Of a stretch of DNA of 64,000 bases, positions 53,014 to 63,514 are shown one piece after another. The DNA comes from an uncultured delta proteobacterium (GTDB taxonomy: Bacteria > Myxococcota_A > Polyangia > Fen-1088): positions 1 to 64,000 of the forward strand of contig CAVTRY010000011.1 of NCBI GenBank assembly GCA_963737265.1. The letters are read 5' to 3'. The translations under genes were made by a program, and so were the position numbers. The stretch's first letter is position 1, and each line of letters begins with the position of its first letter. The notes under the pieces were generated by a model. It was not told where the DNA came from. It did not search any database and saw only the letters and a list, made by a program, of their open reading frames with translations.

Positions 53014-53691
53014 ATGACGACGTTCTTTCTTGCCTTTGTCGTTGCCTCGGGAGTCCCGGCCGAACCTGCCGCCGCAGCTGCCAGCGAAAGGCTCGACCTG
53101 CGCACCGTGGTCGAGCGGATGCAGAAGCGCTACGACCAGGCCAAGGATTTTCACGCCCGCTTCTCGCAGACCTATGGCCGTGCCGTCGTGGGAAGGACGA
53201 CGCTGTCGACGGGGACGATCACCTTCAAGAAGCCCGGTCGGATGCGTTGGGACTATGACAAGCCTGAGCCGCGCATGTTTCTGTCGAACGGCCAGGTGCT
53301 GTGGCTTTACGAGCCGACGGAGAAACAGGCTTTCAAGCAGGATTTGAAGAACTCGCAGTTGCCGGCAGCGCTGGCCTTCCTGATGGGCAAGGGCAAGATC
53401 GCCGACGAGTTTGACGTGTCGCTTGCGAGCGACGCGCACCCGGGGCGTCCCGGCGACTACCGACTGGCGCTCAGTCCCAAGCAGCCGCAGTCGGCCTACA
53501 AGTCCATACTCTTCGTGGTCGATGCCAAGGAATTCTTGGTGCGCGAGAGCGTGCTGGTGGACGCGCAAGGCAATACCAACCACTTCGTTTTCGAGGATCT
53601 CGAGGTCAACGGCAAGGTGGCCGACGCAGTGTTTAAGTGGGCCCCGCCCACGGGTGTCCGCGTGGTGGATACGGGAAAAATTGGGAAATAG
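53014..53691 (+). CDS. lolA: Outer-membrane lipoprotein carrier LolA
   Basis: ARFSQ, KKPGRMRWDY, SNGQVLWLY motifs; conserved position after ftsK. Confidence 0.9.
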   Translation: MTTFFLAFVVASGVPAEPAAAAASERLDLRTVVERMQKRYDQAKDFHARFSQTYGRAVVGRTTLSTGTITFKKPGRMRWDYDKPEPRMFLSNGQVLWLYEPTEKQAFKQDLKNSQLPAALAFLMGKGKIADEFDVSLASDAHPGRPGDYRLALSPKQPQSAYKSILFVVDAKEFLVRESVLVDAQGNTNHFVFEDLEVNGKVADAVFKWAPPTGVRVVDTGKIGK

Positions 53692-53697
53692 GTCGGA

Positions 53698-53780
53698 TCA
53701 GGCTCAGGCCTGCAGGCTGCAGGCTGCGGGCGGTAGGCTAGCTGCGGGCTATTTTTGCGGAGCCCGAAGTCTGGAGCCTC
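53698..53780. repeat. Degenerate heptamer repeats with inverted partner between convergent genes
   Basis: ggctgcaggctgcgggc...gggct / agcccgaagtctggagcct. Confidence 0.55.
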
Positions 53781-53782
53781 CG

Positions 53783-54754
53783 TCAGCGCTTTCCCTCGCC
53801 TTGCGAAAGGTAGGCGAGGATCACGTCGTCCAGGCTTTGATCGGTAACGAATGCGCCGGGCGAACCTTCTTGCGCAGGCGGCTTGACCGCGGCCGTCCTG
53901 GGCGCATTCGCCGCGTCAGCGGCTGGCGCGATGGGCCGGGGTGGCGGTTCGACGTTCCTGCCCGGGCTTGCGCCCACCAGGCTGGCGTGGCTACCCTCTT
54001 TGACGACATACGGACCGGCGGACATCTGCCGACGACGAATCGGCGTCGGGTTTCGCGTCTGGGGCGCAGACCCGGTGCTGCCGCCGACCACGACTTGCCT
54101 CTGCACCACGACCGGTGTGATGGGACGAACGACGGGCGGATGCGAGCTGGGAGCTGACCGGGCCACGACGGGCGGGGGCGGCGCCGGCTCCGCGTCGGCC
54201 GGCATGCGCTCGCGTGTCGGACGGCGGAAGGTGTAGGTTCCCGGGCCCGGGACGGCCGGCTTGGTGATGTGGATGGGGAGAGGTTCGGGCGTCACCTCTT
54301 TTTCGGCTGGAATCGCCGGCAAGGCGTCCAGGTCGAGTACATCGGCTCCCGTGGCCGCGGGCGACGGGCCGTCGTCGATGGCGGGGGCGGCGGGCGCGGC
54401 GACAGCGACCACAGGCGCCGCGCTGGCATCCGCAAAAAGATCCTCGATGGGGAAGGTTTCCCCGCGCATGGCGAAGAAACGCGAGATTCGCTCGTTGTAG
54501 GCGTTTTGCTTGAGCTCCTTGAGAATGGCCTTGTGCTGGGCCTGCATCATCGCCCGCACTTCGTCTTCGCTGGTGTCGGGGTCGTACTCGCCGCGCTTGC
54601 TGGCGAGAATGCTACCCCCAAAAAATAAGTGCGTGAAAAGATGGGGGTTTCCCGGCCCCGAATCCTCGGTCTGGACGTGGAAGACCTGCCCGCCGAACTT
54701 GACGTTGTGGTTGTACCCAAGCAGCGGGCTACGGAGCGGTTTCGGCATATCCAT
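53783..54754 (-). CDS. Conserved hypothetical protein with Pro-rich tail
   Basis: GYNHNVK...FHVQTEDSG...THLF..G.IL...MQAQHK N-terminal domain and terminal SLDDVILAYL motif, as I recall from deltaproteobacterial hypotheticals. Confidence 0.8.
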   Translation of the reverse strand: MDMPKPLRSPLLGYNHNVKFGGQVFHVQTEDSGPGNPHLFTHLFFGGSILASKRGEYDPDTSEDEVRAMMQAQHKAILKELKQNAYNERISRFFAMRGETFPIEDLFADASAAPVVAVAAPAAPAIDDGPSPAATGADVLDLDALPAIPAEKEVTPEPLPIHITKPAVPGPGTYTFRRPTRERMPADAEPAPPPPVVARSAPSSHPPVVRPITPVVVQRQVVVGGSTGSAPQTRNPTPIRRRQMSAGPYVVKEGSHASLVGASPGRNVEPPPRPIAPAADAANAPRTAAVKPPAQEGSPGAFVTDQSLDDVILAYLSQGEGKR

Positions 54755-54807
54755 CCTCAGTATAGCGCTTGCAGAGTTTATGCTAAACTGGGTTTCAGGG
54801 TTTCGGT

Positions 54808-55098
54808 ATGGTCAGCATCACCGCAACAAAGATTCGCGACAACTCGCGCGATCCGTCGTGCGTGGTGGGTCTTGGCCGCCCTTTCCAGGGTTTCCTCATC
54901 AGTTACCCGACCATCGGCCGAGGCATGGTTATTTTTCGCGAGCCCAGCGGACATCGCATGGTGACGACTCCAGTCCGGCGCGTGCTGGGTGAATTCGGCG
55001 AGCCCGATATTTACGTCGAGACGGAAAACTCGGTCTACCGGCTGCGCGTCCGCGCGGGTGCGGTGTCGGCCGAGAGCGCGCAAGCCGCGAGCCGATAG
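54808..55098 (+). CDS. Small hypothetical protein
   Basis: Plausible beta-rich ORF ending YVETENSVYRL. Confidence 0.6.
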   Translation: MVSITATKIRDNSRDPSCVVGLGRPFQGFLISYPTIGRGMVIFREPSGHRMVTTPVRRVLGEFGEPDIYVETENSVYRLRVRAGAVSAESAQAASR

Positions 55099-55212
55099 TC
55101 GCTGGCGGGAATTCGGCGTTGGGCTGGAATCGCGGCTTTCTATCTGGAAGGGCCGCGACCTAGTTACCGGAAGTGCATCAGGCAGGCGTCATCGTGCTAC
55201 TCTAGGCGCGCT

Positions 55213-57183
55213 TTGGGAACTATTCGTCAGGCCGTGATATTGGCGGCTGGTCGCGGCCGAGCGGTGGCAGAGCCAGGCGTGGCGAACTGCCTGACCTGCG
55301 TGGGGAACAGCGCCCTTATCCTGCGCACCTTGCGCGTCCTGGCTGCCGCTGGCGTCCGCCGCACCGCCATCACGTTGGGGTACGACGGCCGGCGCCTGCG
55401 CCGCGAAGTCGAAGCCATGAAGCGCGCCGAGCCCAATCTGCCCGACCTCGTTTTCTTCGACAATCCGGCGTGGCAGCGGCCCAACGGTCTGTCCGTGCTG
55501 GCCGTGCGCAAGTTCATCACCGAGCGCACGCTCTTGGTCATGTCGGATCAGATTGCGGCGCCGCACCTGGTGCGCGAGATGGCGGGTCTCGGGACCGCGG
55601 GCAACACCATGGTGCTGGCCATCGACCACGATCTTTCGCGCGTGTTCGACTTCGACGATGCCACCAAGGTCAAGCTTCGGGACCACCCGGGCGGAGCGAA
55701 AAGCGTGTCCGCCATTGGCAAGGGGCTGGTCGATCACGACGCTGTAAGCGCCGGCATTTTCGTGATGTCGCCCACCTTGGTCGAGTGTCTTGCCGACCTC
55801 GCGCGGACCAAGGATCCCTCGCTCACCGAGGGCGTGGCCGAGGCCGCGCGGCGTGGCTTGGTGGTCGGGCACGATGTCGCCGGTGCTATCTGGCAGGACG
55901 TCGATTCGGCCGAAATGCGTTTGCACGCGGAATGGCTATTGCGGGTCTACGGCGACGAGCTTCTCTATCCCGGGGTCCGCTCGTCCACGCGCTCGACGGG
56001 CGCGGACACGCTCGCGCTCATCGAGAGCTTGCTCGCGGAAAAGAATCTTCCTCGCTACACGCTCTTTAACCCCGGTCCAGTGGTGACCTCGGCGGGGGTG
56101 AAGGCGGCCCTGGTTCACTACGACGTGTGCCATCGCGACGAAGACTATTCGGGCGTCGTGCGCCGGTTGCAGCAGAAGCTGCGACCCGTGTTCGGCGCTT
56201 CCGCGGAGCACGATATGCTGCTTCTCACCGGGTCGGGGACCGCCGCCATGGAGATGGCGGTTACCTCGGTGGTGCCCGAGGGCAAGAAGATTCTGACCAT
56301 CGAAAATGGTGCTTTCGGCGAACGGCTAGGCGAGATCGCACGCTTACACAGGCTGCCGCACGTGTCGCTTTCCTACCCGTGGGGCACCCTGCCCGATCCG
56401 GCGGCACTGGAAGCCATGTTGGCGCGCGATCCCGCCATCGCGGTGGTGGCCATGATTCATCACGAGACATCGATCGGCGTCGTGAATCCGGTGGGCGCCA
56501 TGGGCCGTATCTGTCGCGCGCGGGGCGTGACCCTGGTCGTGGATGCCGTATCATCGGTCGGCGCGGAGGATCTCGATGTGGTTCGCGACAACATCGATGT
56601 CTGCTTTTCTTCGGCCAACAAGTGCCTGCATTCCGTGTCCGGCGTGTCGTTCGTGTGTGTCGCGCCGACGGTGTGGCCGCGCATTGCGGACATTCCACCG
56701 CGCGTCTACTACCTCGACCTGAAACGCTACCGACGCTACCTGACCGAGGTCGCGCAGACGCCCTTCACGCCCGCCGTGTCGTCGTTCTTCGCTCTCGAAA
56801 AAGCCCTCGACGAGCTGTACGAGCAGGGGGGAGTGCAGGGACGGCGCGAAACCTACCGCAGACGCAATCTGCTCATCCGTCGCGTCCTGACCGACCTCGG
56901 TTTCCAGTCCTTCACCAACACCGGGCGCGAATCACACACCATTTTCACCGCGCGCGTGCCGTCCTTTGTCCACATCGACGCGCTCTATTCCCGCATGAAG
57001 GATCGCGGATTCATCATCTATCGCTGCAAGGGCGCTCTCGGCGCGCATCACATCCAGATCGCCAACATGGGCGAGCTGCCGGACGCCACCATCGATGCGT
57101 TTCTTGGCGCCATGGCGGAAGAAGTCGCGCTTGCGCGCGAGGCAGCGCCCGCCAAGGATCGGGAGCGGCTTCGTTCGCTGTAG
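55213..57183 (+). CDS. LicC/PntC-like nucleotidyltransferase fused to 2-aminoethylphosphonate transaminase-like class V aminotransferase
   Basis: VILAAGRG, NGLS, LVMSD, WQDVD; then LFNPGP, GSGTAAME, NGAFGER, HHETS, DAVSS, SANKC (PLP lysine). Confidence 0.85.
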   Translation: MGTIRQAVILAAGRGRAVAEPGVANCLTCVGNSALILRTLRVLAAAGVRRTAITLGYDGRRLRREVEAMKRAEPNLPDLVFFDNPAWQRPNGLSVLAVRKFITERTLLVMSDQIAAPHLVREMAGLGTAGNTMVLAIDHDLSRVFDFDDATKVKLRDHPGGAKSVSAIGKGLVDHDAVSAGIFVMSPTLVECLADLARTKDPSLTEGVAEAARRGLVVGHDVAGAIWQDVDSAEMRLHAEWLLRVYGDELLYPGVRSSTRSTGADTLALIESLLAEKNLPRYTLFNPGPVVTSAGVKAALVHYDVCHRDEDYSGVVRRLQQKLRPVFGASAEHDMLLLTGSGTAAMEMAVTSVVPEGKKILTIENGAFGERLGEIARLHRLPHVSLSYPWGTLPDPAALEAMLARDPAIAVVAMIHHETSIGVVNPVGAMGRICRARGVTLVVDAVSSVGAEDLDVVRDNIDVCFSSANKCLHSVSGVSFVCVAPTVWPRIADIPPRVYYLDLKRYRRYLTEVAQTPFTPAVSSFFALEKALDELYEQGGVQGRRETYRRRNLLIRRVLTDLGFQSFTNTGRESHTIFTARVPSFVHIDALYSRMKDRGFIIYRCKGALGAHHIQIANMGELPDATIDAFLGAMAEEVALAREAAPAKDRERLRSL

Positions 57184-57298
57184 CAGGGTGTCAGCCGCCG
57201 GCGGCCAGCGCTTGCGCCGTGTCAGCTGGCTGGTTACACCTTATCCGTGCCTTGAGCGCCGCGGGCTGCTAACGTGAGCCGAGAGGCAGAAAAGACGA

Positions 57299-57724
57299 AT
57301 GCCTATCCCGACGATCATGGGACTATTTACACCAGGTTCATCACAGCAGGACGAAGGGGACGGAATCGTGGTCCGCGCGGAGGCCACGTACCGACCTGAA
57401 GAGTCCGATTTAGACGACGGCAAGTACGTCTTCTCGTACCACATCGAGATCGAGAACCAGGGCGCTCGCACCGTGCAGCTCATCTCGCGGCACTGGTGGA
57501 TCACGGACGCACATCAGGTCGTGCGCGAAGTGGAAGGCGAGGGGGTGGTCGGGCAGCAGCCGGTCATCGCGCCGGGGCAGGTCTTCAGTTATTCAAGCTG
57601 GTGCATGTTGCCCACGTCGACCGGCTGGATGCGCGGCATCTATCACGTGGTGGCCGCCGGTGGCGAGCGCTTGGAGATTCCCATTCCGCCCTTCGGCCTG
57701 GCTGTTCCGCATTCGATCAACTAG
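57299..57724 (+). CDS. apaG: ApaG (DUF525) protein
   Basis: QLISRHWWITD, GEGVVGQQP motifs. Confidence 0.95.
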   Translation: MPIPTIMGLFTPGSSQQDEGDGIVVRAEATYRPEESDLDDGKYVFSYHIEIENQGARTVQLISRHWWITDAHQVVREVEGEGVVGQQPVIAPGQVFSYSSWCMLPTSTGWMRGIYHVVAAGGERLEIPIPPFGLAVPHSIN

Positions 57725-58890
57725 TCGGGGGCGACGGTGTCCCTTGCCGCGGCAGCTCGAACCAGAAGGTGCTGCCTTGGCCGACCTGGCTGTCCACGCC
57801 GATGCGGCCGCCGTGGGCCTCGATGGCCAGTTTGCAGAAGTAAAGGCCAAGCCCGGAGGAGGCGATGCTTTGTCGAACGTTGGTGTCGAGCTGGCCAAAC
57901 TTCTCGAAGATCTTGGGGTGATGTTCGGCGGCGATGCCGGGGCCGTGATCGGTGACTTCCAAGCGAAGCGCGTCGTCTTTGCCGTGTAGCGATACTCGGA
58001 CTTCACCCCCGGGCGGGGTCAGTTTGAGTGCGTTGCTAACGAGATTCTGGATCACGCGCGCGATGGCATCGCGGTCGACCACACCGCGCACCGATGCGCG
58101 GCGAAAGGTCACGTTCTTCTCGTCGGCGAGCGAGCGGATGGCATCGATGGCATCGGCCGCCACGTCGCCCACGTCGCACGCGACGAGGCGCAGGTTCATC
58201 TGCCCTGCTTCGATTTTGCTGGCGTCGAGCAGCACCGTGACCATCTGGACCATCCAGCGCGTGGCCTTCATGGCCAGGTCGAGGTTCTGCATGGAGTCGG
58301 GCGAAATGAACCCGGCTTCCTGTTCGCGAACCAAATCGAGGTAGTTGAACACGGCGGTGAGTGGAGCGCGTAGGTCGTGCACTGATCATGTGCACCATGC
58401 TGTCGCGCATGCCCTCAAGCTCGCGCTGCTTGGCCAACGTGACCTCGAGCTCGCGCTGTTGGCGGCGAAGCTGGAGGTGGACGGCCACGCGCGCCTCGAC
58501 CTCTTCGACCTGAAATGGCTTGGTGATGTAGTCGACGCCACCCGCGGCAAACGCGCGGACTTTGTCCACGGTTTCGCCGTAGGCGCTGATGAAGAGCACG
58601 GGAATCGCGCGCAGCGAGGCGTCCTTCTTGAGCTCGCTGCAAACTGCGTAGCCGTCCATCACCGGCATATTGACATCAAGCAAAATGAGGTCGGGCGTGT
58701 CGGCTTTTGCGGCTTGCAAGGCCAGCTTGCCACTCGGCACGGGGCGGGCACGGTAGCCCCGCTGCTTGAGCATTTCGGCCAGCATGTGCAAGTTGGCCGG
58801 CGTGTCGTCGACCACGAGGATGCTCGGGCTCGTCGGCGGGCTCGTCGGCGAGCTCGTCAAATCGACGGAGGGTGACAATCGTTCTGGCAT
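57717..58890 (-). CDS. REC-HisKA-HATPase hybrid kinase, frameshifted near 58383
   Basis: ILVVDD, DVNMP, DYITKPF; VHMI | VHDLRAPL; NLVSNALK, GLGL. Confidence 0.88.
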
Positions 58891-58897
58891 GGCCGAG

Positions 58898-61225
58898 CTA
58901 GCTTCCCAGCCTGTCCATCACACCCTGGTAGTCGAATCCGCGCACGAGGCGGCGCAGCTCCTCGGCCGCCGCAGGCGCGGTGACGGCCAAGTCCCGCACG
59001 ATTTCCAGAGCCTTGTCGTACTCCGCGGCAACCGTGGCAGTACGAAGCTGGTCCAGCAACTGGACGGGCGCGCTGGAGAGGGCGCCGGGCGTCCAGTCGG
59101 CCATTCCGATGGGCAAAGGAATGGGAACCGGGGTTTCAAGATCGTCGACGGACAGGTACTCGAGGTGAAGTTGAGCCCCGAGTTTCTCCAAAATCTCCAC
59201 ATCATGGAACGGCTTGCCCACGAAATCGTCCATGCCGCCGTCGAGTGCGCGTCTGCGATCCTCCTCGAAGGTACTGGCCGTCACGGCGATGATGGGCGTG
59301 TTTCGGCCATGTTCGCTCTGCTTGATCCTGCGCGTGGTCTCGAATCCGTCCATGCGGGGCATGCGCAGATCCATGAGGACCGCTGCGGGGCGCGTTCGCT
59401 CGACCGCCGTGATGGCCTCTTCCCCATTCGCGGCCTCGTAGGTTTCGAATCCGACCGAGGAGAGAATCTTGACCAGCAGGGCGCGGCTATCCAGTTGGTC
59501 GTCGACCACTAAAATGCGCCAAGGACCGGTTCCAGGTTTGATCGCGGCGATGTGGCGCAGGCCTGCACCGTTTTGCAGATTGGCGCCGTTGCCCTCGACC
59601 AGGGGCAGCTCGAAGCGGAAGCAGCTTCCGCGCCCAGCCAGGCTTTTTACCGTCACGTCGCCGCCGAGCAGACGCGCGAATTCGCGGCTTATTGCCAGCC
59701 CAAGCCCGGTGCCACCCGCCCGGATGCCCTGCGAGGTCTGCGCGAATTTGTCGAAAAGACGACCAATATCATCCTGTTCTATGCCAGGCCCGGTGTCCTC
59801 GATGTCGGTAACCAGGCGCGTGCCGGCAGGGCCTTGGGCGATGGAGATGTTCCATGTGATGTGGCCCCGCTCGGTGAACTTCACTGCGTTGCCAAGGAGG
59901 TTGATGAACACCTGACGTACCTTGCTTTCGTCGGAGACCACGGCGGCGGGTAACTCGTCGCACAGTTTGACCGTGAGCGACAGCCCTTTGCTTTCCGCGC
60001 GCAGCTTGAACATGGTGGCGATGTCCTTGGCCAGCGCGGTGAGGTCGAAGGTCGTCAGCCGAACGTGAGCCCGGCCGGCCTCGATTTTCGACATCTCCAA
60101 GATGTCGTTGATGAGCGCCAGCAAGTGTTCGCCGGAACGATTGATGGTCACGAGAGGCTCACGGTGCTCCGGCGAGACGTCGGTGTCGCGCAGCAAGAGC
60201 TGCGAAAACCCAAGGATGGCATTGAGGGGCGTGCGGATCTCATGCGACATGCTGGCCAAGAACAGACTCTTGGCGCGGTTGGCGCGATCCGCTTCCGCCT
60301 TGGCCTCGGCGAGCGCGGCGTTGGATCGTTCAAGTTCCGCGGTTCGGGCGGCCACACGCTGTTCGAGCTCCGCCGTCAGCAGGCGCAGCTCATCGGCGAT
60401 GTGTTGGCGCTCGCTGATGTCGCGCGCGACCGCGATGATGGCGGGAACGCCGCCGTACTCAATGACACGCATGCTGGTGTCGAAGACAAGTCGGGTGTGG
60501 TCGGGGCGAAGGTAGGTCAGCTCATGGGTGGCCCGGCCGGATTTGCAGATAGCATCGATGCGCGCGGCATGGACTGCCGTTGGCAGGCTCGGCGTGTCGA
60601 GGTCCCACAGGTGCTTGCCGAGAAGCTCGTCACGGCCGAGTCCCAGTTGTTCGAGGGCAGTCTCGTTGGCATCGACGATGCGTCCGTCTAGCTTGATGAC
60701 CAGGACGGTGTCGGTGAAGCTATCGAACAGCATGCGATAGCGGCGCTCGGACTGGCGCAGCTCCGTTGCAAGCCGCATTCGCTCCTCGTGCGCGCGTACG
60801 CGTTCGTGGCGCGCCTGTGCCTCGACAAGCTCGCGCTGGATGGTGGCTCCCAGTCGGTCGAGGTTGTTCTTGTTCACGTAGTCGTTGGCGCCCGCGCGCA
60901 TGACGACAACGGCGTTTTCGCCGGGAATGGTTCCGGACACGAGAATGAAGGGGATGCCGAGCGGCGTCGCCTTCAGGATCGCGAGGGCCTCCTCCGCGCT
61001 GAATCCAGGCAAGGAGTAGTCACACAGGACCACATCCCACGGCCGCAGGGATAGCGCCTGGGCGAAATCGTCGGCTTGCTCGACACGTTTGGCGTCGACG
61101 GCGAACCCAGCGCGCGCCAGGTGGCGAAGCACGAGGTCGGCGTCGCAGGGCGAGTCCTCGACGATGAGGACGCGCAGTCCTTCACCCGACGCTGTCACGA
61201 GTTTGTCGTTGTCGATAGTGTTCAT
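58898..61225 (-). CDS. REC-PAS-HisKA-HATPase-REC hybrid kinase
   Basis: SHEIRTPLNAI, NLLGNAVKFT, GTGLGL, DLRMP motifs; start may instead be 61285. Confidence 0.92.
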   Translation of the reverse strand: MNTIDNDKLVTASGEGLRVLIVEDSPCDADLVLRHLARAGFAVDAKRVEQADDFAQALSLRPWDVVLCDYSLPGFSAEEALAILKATPLGIPFILVSGTIPGENAVVVMRAGANDYVNKNNLDRLGATIQRELVEAQARHERVRAHEERMRLATELRQSERRYRMLFDSFTDTVLVIKLDGRIVDANETALEQLGLGRDELLGKHLWDLDTPSLPTAVHAARIDAICKSGRATHELTYLRPDHTRLVFDTSMRVIEYGGVPAIIAVARDISERQHIADELRLLTAELEQRVAARTAELERSNAALAEAKAEADRANRAKSLFLASMSHEIRTPLNAILGFSQLLLRDTDVSPEHREPLVTINRSGEHLLALINDILEMSKIEAGRAHVRLTTFDLTALAKDIATMFKLRAESKGLSLTVKLCDELPAAVVSDESKVRQVFINLLGNAVKFTERGHITWNISIAQGPAGTRLVTDIEDTGPGIEQDDIGRLFDKFAQTSQGIRAGGTGLGLAISREFARLLGGDVTVKSLAGRGSCFRFELPLVEGNGANLQNGAGLRHIAAIKPGTGPWRILVVDDQLDSRALLVKILSSVGFETYEAANGEEAITAVERTRPAAVLMDLRMPRMDGFETTRRIKQSEHGRNTPIIAVTASTFEEDRRRALDGGMDDFVGKPFHDVEILEKLGAQLHLEYLSVDDLETPVPIPLPIGMADWTPGALSSAPVQLLDQLRTATVAAEYDKALEIVRDLAVTAPAAAEELRRLVRGFDYQGVMDRLGS

Positions 61226-61432
61226 CTGCTGTCCCGACGGGTCCGCGCCGAGGTCGCCGTGCTGTCCGACGGGGCTGGATCCCATGCTGGTATCGACAGT
61301 TGCGTCGTGCTCTTAAGCACGCGTGGATTGCGCCAGGTTCCGGGCGGCGGGGATGCCATCAACCTGACGCGAGTGGCGCGCATGTGTCATCGCTCTGGCG
61401 CGGGAAATCCACGAGATCCGGGGCTTTTGCAA

Positions 61433-61448
61433 CGGTACGTTCCTTGCT
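61433..61448 (+). promoter_or_regulatory. Sigma54 promoter of the fliL operon
   Basis: CGGTACGTTCCTTGCT (GG-N10-GC), about 28 nt before the fliL ATG. Confidence 0.7.
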
Positions 61449-61475
61449 GAGTGAGGGTGATGGAGGATCCCTGTC

Positions 61476-62069
61476 ATGGCGGAGAAGACAAAGGAAGAGG
61501 AACAACCGGCGGCCAAGGCCCCGGAAGGGCCGAGCAAGTTGATGCCGATGATCCTCATCGCGAATACCGTGCTGATGACCGCGGTCTTGGCCGTGGTGCT
61601 ATTGCGCAAGCCCGCTGCGGCGCCGTCCGCCGCTCCGCCGACGCCTCACGCGGCCACCGCGGCTCCCGCGGCGCCCGCGGGCGAGCATGGCAAGGAGGAA
61701 GGGGCCGGCCACGGCGAGGGTGAAGGTCACGGCGATCCGGCCGCCGCGGCGGATCCAGGCGGGGCCCCCGGCCCGATTCTCAAGCTGGAAAATTTCATCA
61801 TTCAGCTTCGTGGAACCGACACCGATCGCTACGTCCGCGTGGCCTTCGATCTGGAGCTCAATGGCGAGGCCGACCGTGCGGTCGTGCAGGCGCGGTTACC
61901 GCACATTCGCGACGCCGTCATTTCCTATTTTTCGGATCGCTCGCTCGATGAGCTTCGCGGCAGCGAAGGCATGGACCGCATCAAGCTCGCCGTTTCGAAG
62001 AAGCTCGACGAGATCCTGTCGGGACATCGCGTGCGTTCGGTCTTCATCACGGAGCTCGTCATTCAGTAG
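61476..62069 (+). CDS. fliL: Flagellar basal body-associated protein FliL
   Basis: Single TM segment; FIIQL...RYVRV...IRDAVI...VFITELVIQ. Confidence 0.92.
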   Translation: MAEKTKEEEQPAAKAPEGPSKLMPMILIANTVLMTAVLAVVLLRKPAAAPSAAPPTPHAATAAPAAPAGEHGKEEGAGHGEGEGHGDPAAAADPGGAPGPILKLENFIIQLRGTDTDRYVRVAFDLELNGEADRAVVQARLPHIRDAVISYFSDRSLDELRGSEGMDRIKLAVSKKLDEILSGHRVRSVFITELVIQ

Positions 62070-62133
62070 TCGCCTTCGAGTAGTCGTTCTCCAGTATTCG
62101 TTTTCTTTTCGATTTCCGCCGGAGCAAACCACC

Positions 62134-63180
62134 ATGGCATCCCCACTCGATCCGCAAGAACTCGAAGCGCTCATGCAGGCCATTCAAGAGGGCCGCGTGG
62201 GACCCGAGACGAGCGCCGGCTCCGCCGAGGGCGACAGTTCGGTGGTGCAGTACGATCTGACGAGCCAAGACCGCATCATTCGCGGACAAATGCCCACGCT
62301 CGACTCCATCAACGAGCGCATCGCCACCACCTTCGGCAAGAGCTTGGGCGGCAGGATGCGCTGCGAGCTGCGCGTGGTTTCGTCGCCCGCGGTCTTGATG
62401 AAGTTCTCCGAAGTCACCGGGACGGTTGCCGACCAAACCATCACCGGCGTCTTGAGCCTGGGAGCAGGACACGGCCTTGCGCTGCTGGTGATTGAAGGGG
62501 CGCTGACGCGCGGCTTGCTCAGCGCCTCGCTTGGCGACCGCAGCGCTGGGACGGCCGCGCAAAATCCCGACGCGCGCAACGAGCTGACCAACGTGGAAAA
62601 ACTGGTTCTCAAGCACTTGCTCGGCATTCTGGCCGACGCCATGGCGGTTGCTTGGGAGGACGTTCTCGCCTTCAAGCCCGAAGTGCTGCGCTTCGAATCC
62701 GATCCGCGCATGGCCATCATCGCCACGCCCTCGGACGTCGCCATCCTGTGCTCGTTCGAGGTGACGGGGGGACTGGACGGCAAGCTCGTGCTCGCCATCC
62801 CCTACGCTGCGGTCGAGCCGGCCAAGAAACTCCTGACCTCGCCGCCGCGCTTGGGCGGACAGCGCGATGCCCGATTCTCGATGGCGCTCGCGCGCGAAAT
62901 CGAAGCCGTCGAAGTCGAGCTGCGGGTCGAGATCGGCCACCGTTCGCTCAATGTGGGTGACCTGATGGATCTCAAGATCGGCGACGTCATCACCCTCAAT
63001 ACCAGCGAGGGATCGCCCCTGCCGGTGTTCGTGCAGGGGCGGTTGAAGATGACCGCCTCGCCGCGCGTCGTCGGCGGCGGCATGGCCGTCGAAATTCTGA
63101 AAGCGATCGCGCAGCCATCCACACCGACGCGCGCCGCGCGGGCGGCTGGACAAGCATTCGCGCCTGCGGCGCAAACCTGA
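62134..63180 (+). CDS. fliM: Flagellar motor switch protein FliM
   Basis: LDPQELEALM, YDLTSQDRIIRGQMPTL, ELTNVE, C-terminal SpoA domain. Confidence 0.92.
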   Translation: MASPLDPQELEALMQAIQEGRVGPETSAGSAEGDSSVVQYDLTSQDRIIRGQMPTLDSINERIATTFGKSLGGRMRCELRVVSSPAVLMKFSEVTGTVADQTITGVLSLGAGHGLALLVIEGALTRGLLSASLGDRSAGTAAQNPDARNELTNVEKLVLKHLLGILADAMAVAWEDVLAFKPEVLRFESDPRMAIIATPSDVAILCSFEVTGGLDGKLVLAIPYAAVEPAKKLLTSPPRLGGQRDARFSMALAREIEAVEVELRVEIGHRSLNVGDLMDLKIGDVITLNTSEGSPLPVFVQGRLKMTASPRVVGGGMAVEILKAIAQPSTPTRAARAAGQAFAPAAQT

Positions 63181-63202
63181 CCCCAGATGACGAGGAGCTC
63201 TC

Positions 63203-63502
63203 ATGCCCGATGAAAGTGTTGGTAACGCCGGCGACGCTCAGCCGAAGAAGCTCAACCTGCTCTTGGATGTTCCTCTCGACCTCTCGGTCGAGCTGGGGCG
63301 AGCGCGCATGTCGATTCAAGATTTGCTCAACATGAGTCCAGGATCCGTCGTCGAGCTGGACAAGATCGCGGGCGAGCCCCTCGACCTCATGGTGAATGGC
63401 CGCCTGGTCGCGCGCGGCGAGGCCGTGGTGGTCAACGACAAATTTGGTGTGCGCATCACCGACATCGTCAGCCCGTCCGAGCGCATCGCGCGTCTGCGTT
63501 AA
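63203..63502 (+). CDS. fliN: Flagellar motor switch protein FliN
   Basis: LLDVPLDLSVELGR...GEAVVVNDKFGVRITDI. Confidence 0.96.
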   Translation: MPDESVGNAGDAQPKKLNLLLDVPLDLSVELGRARMSIQDLLNMSPGSVVELDKIAGEPLDLMVNGRLVARGEAVVVNDKFGVRITDIVSPSERIARLR

Positions 63503-63514
63503 CTGGAGGTCTTC

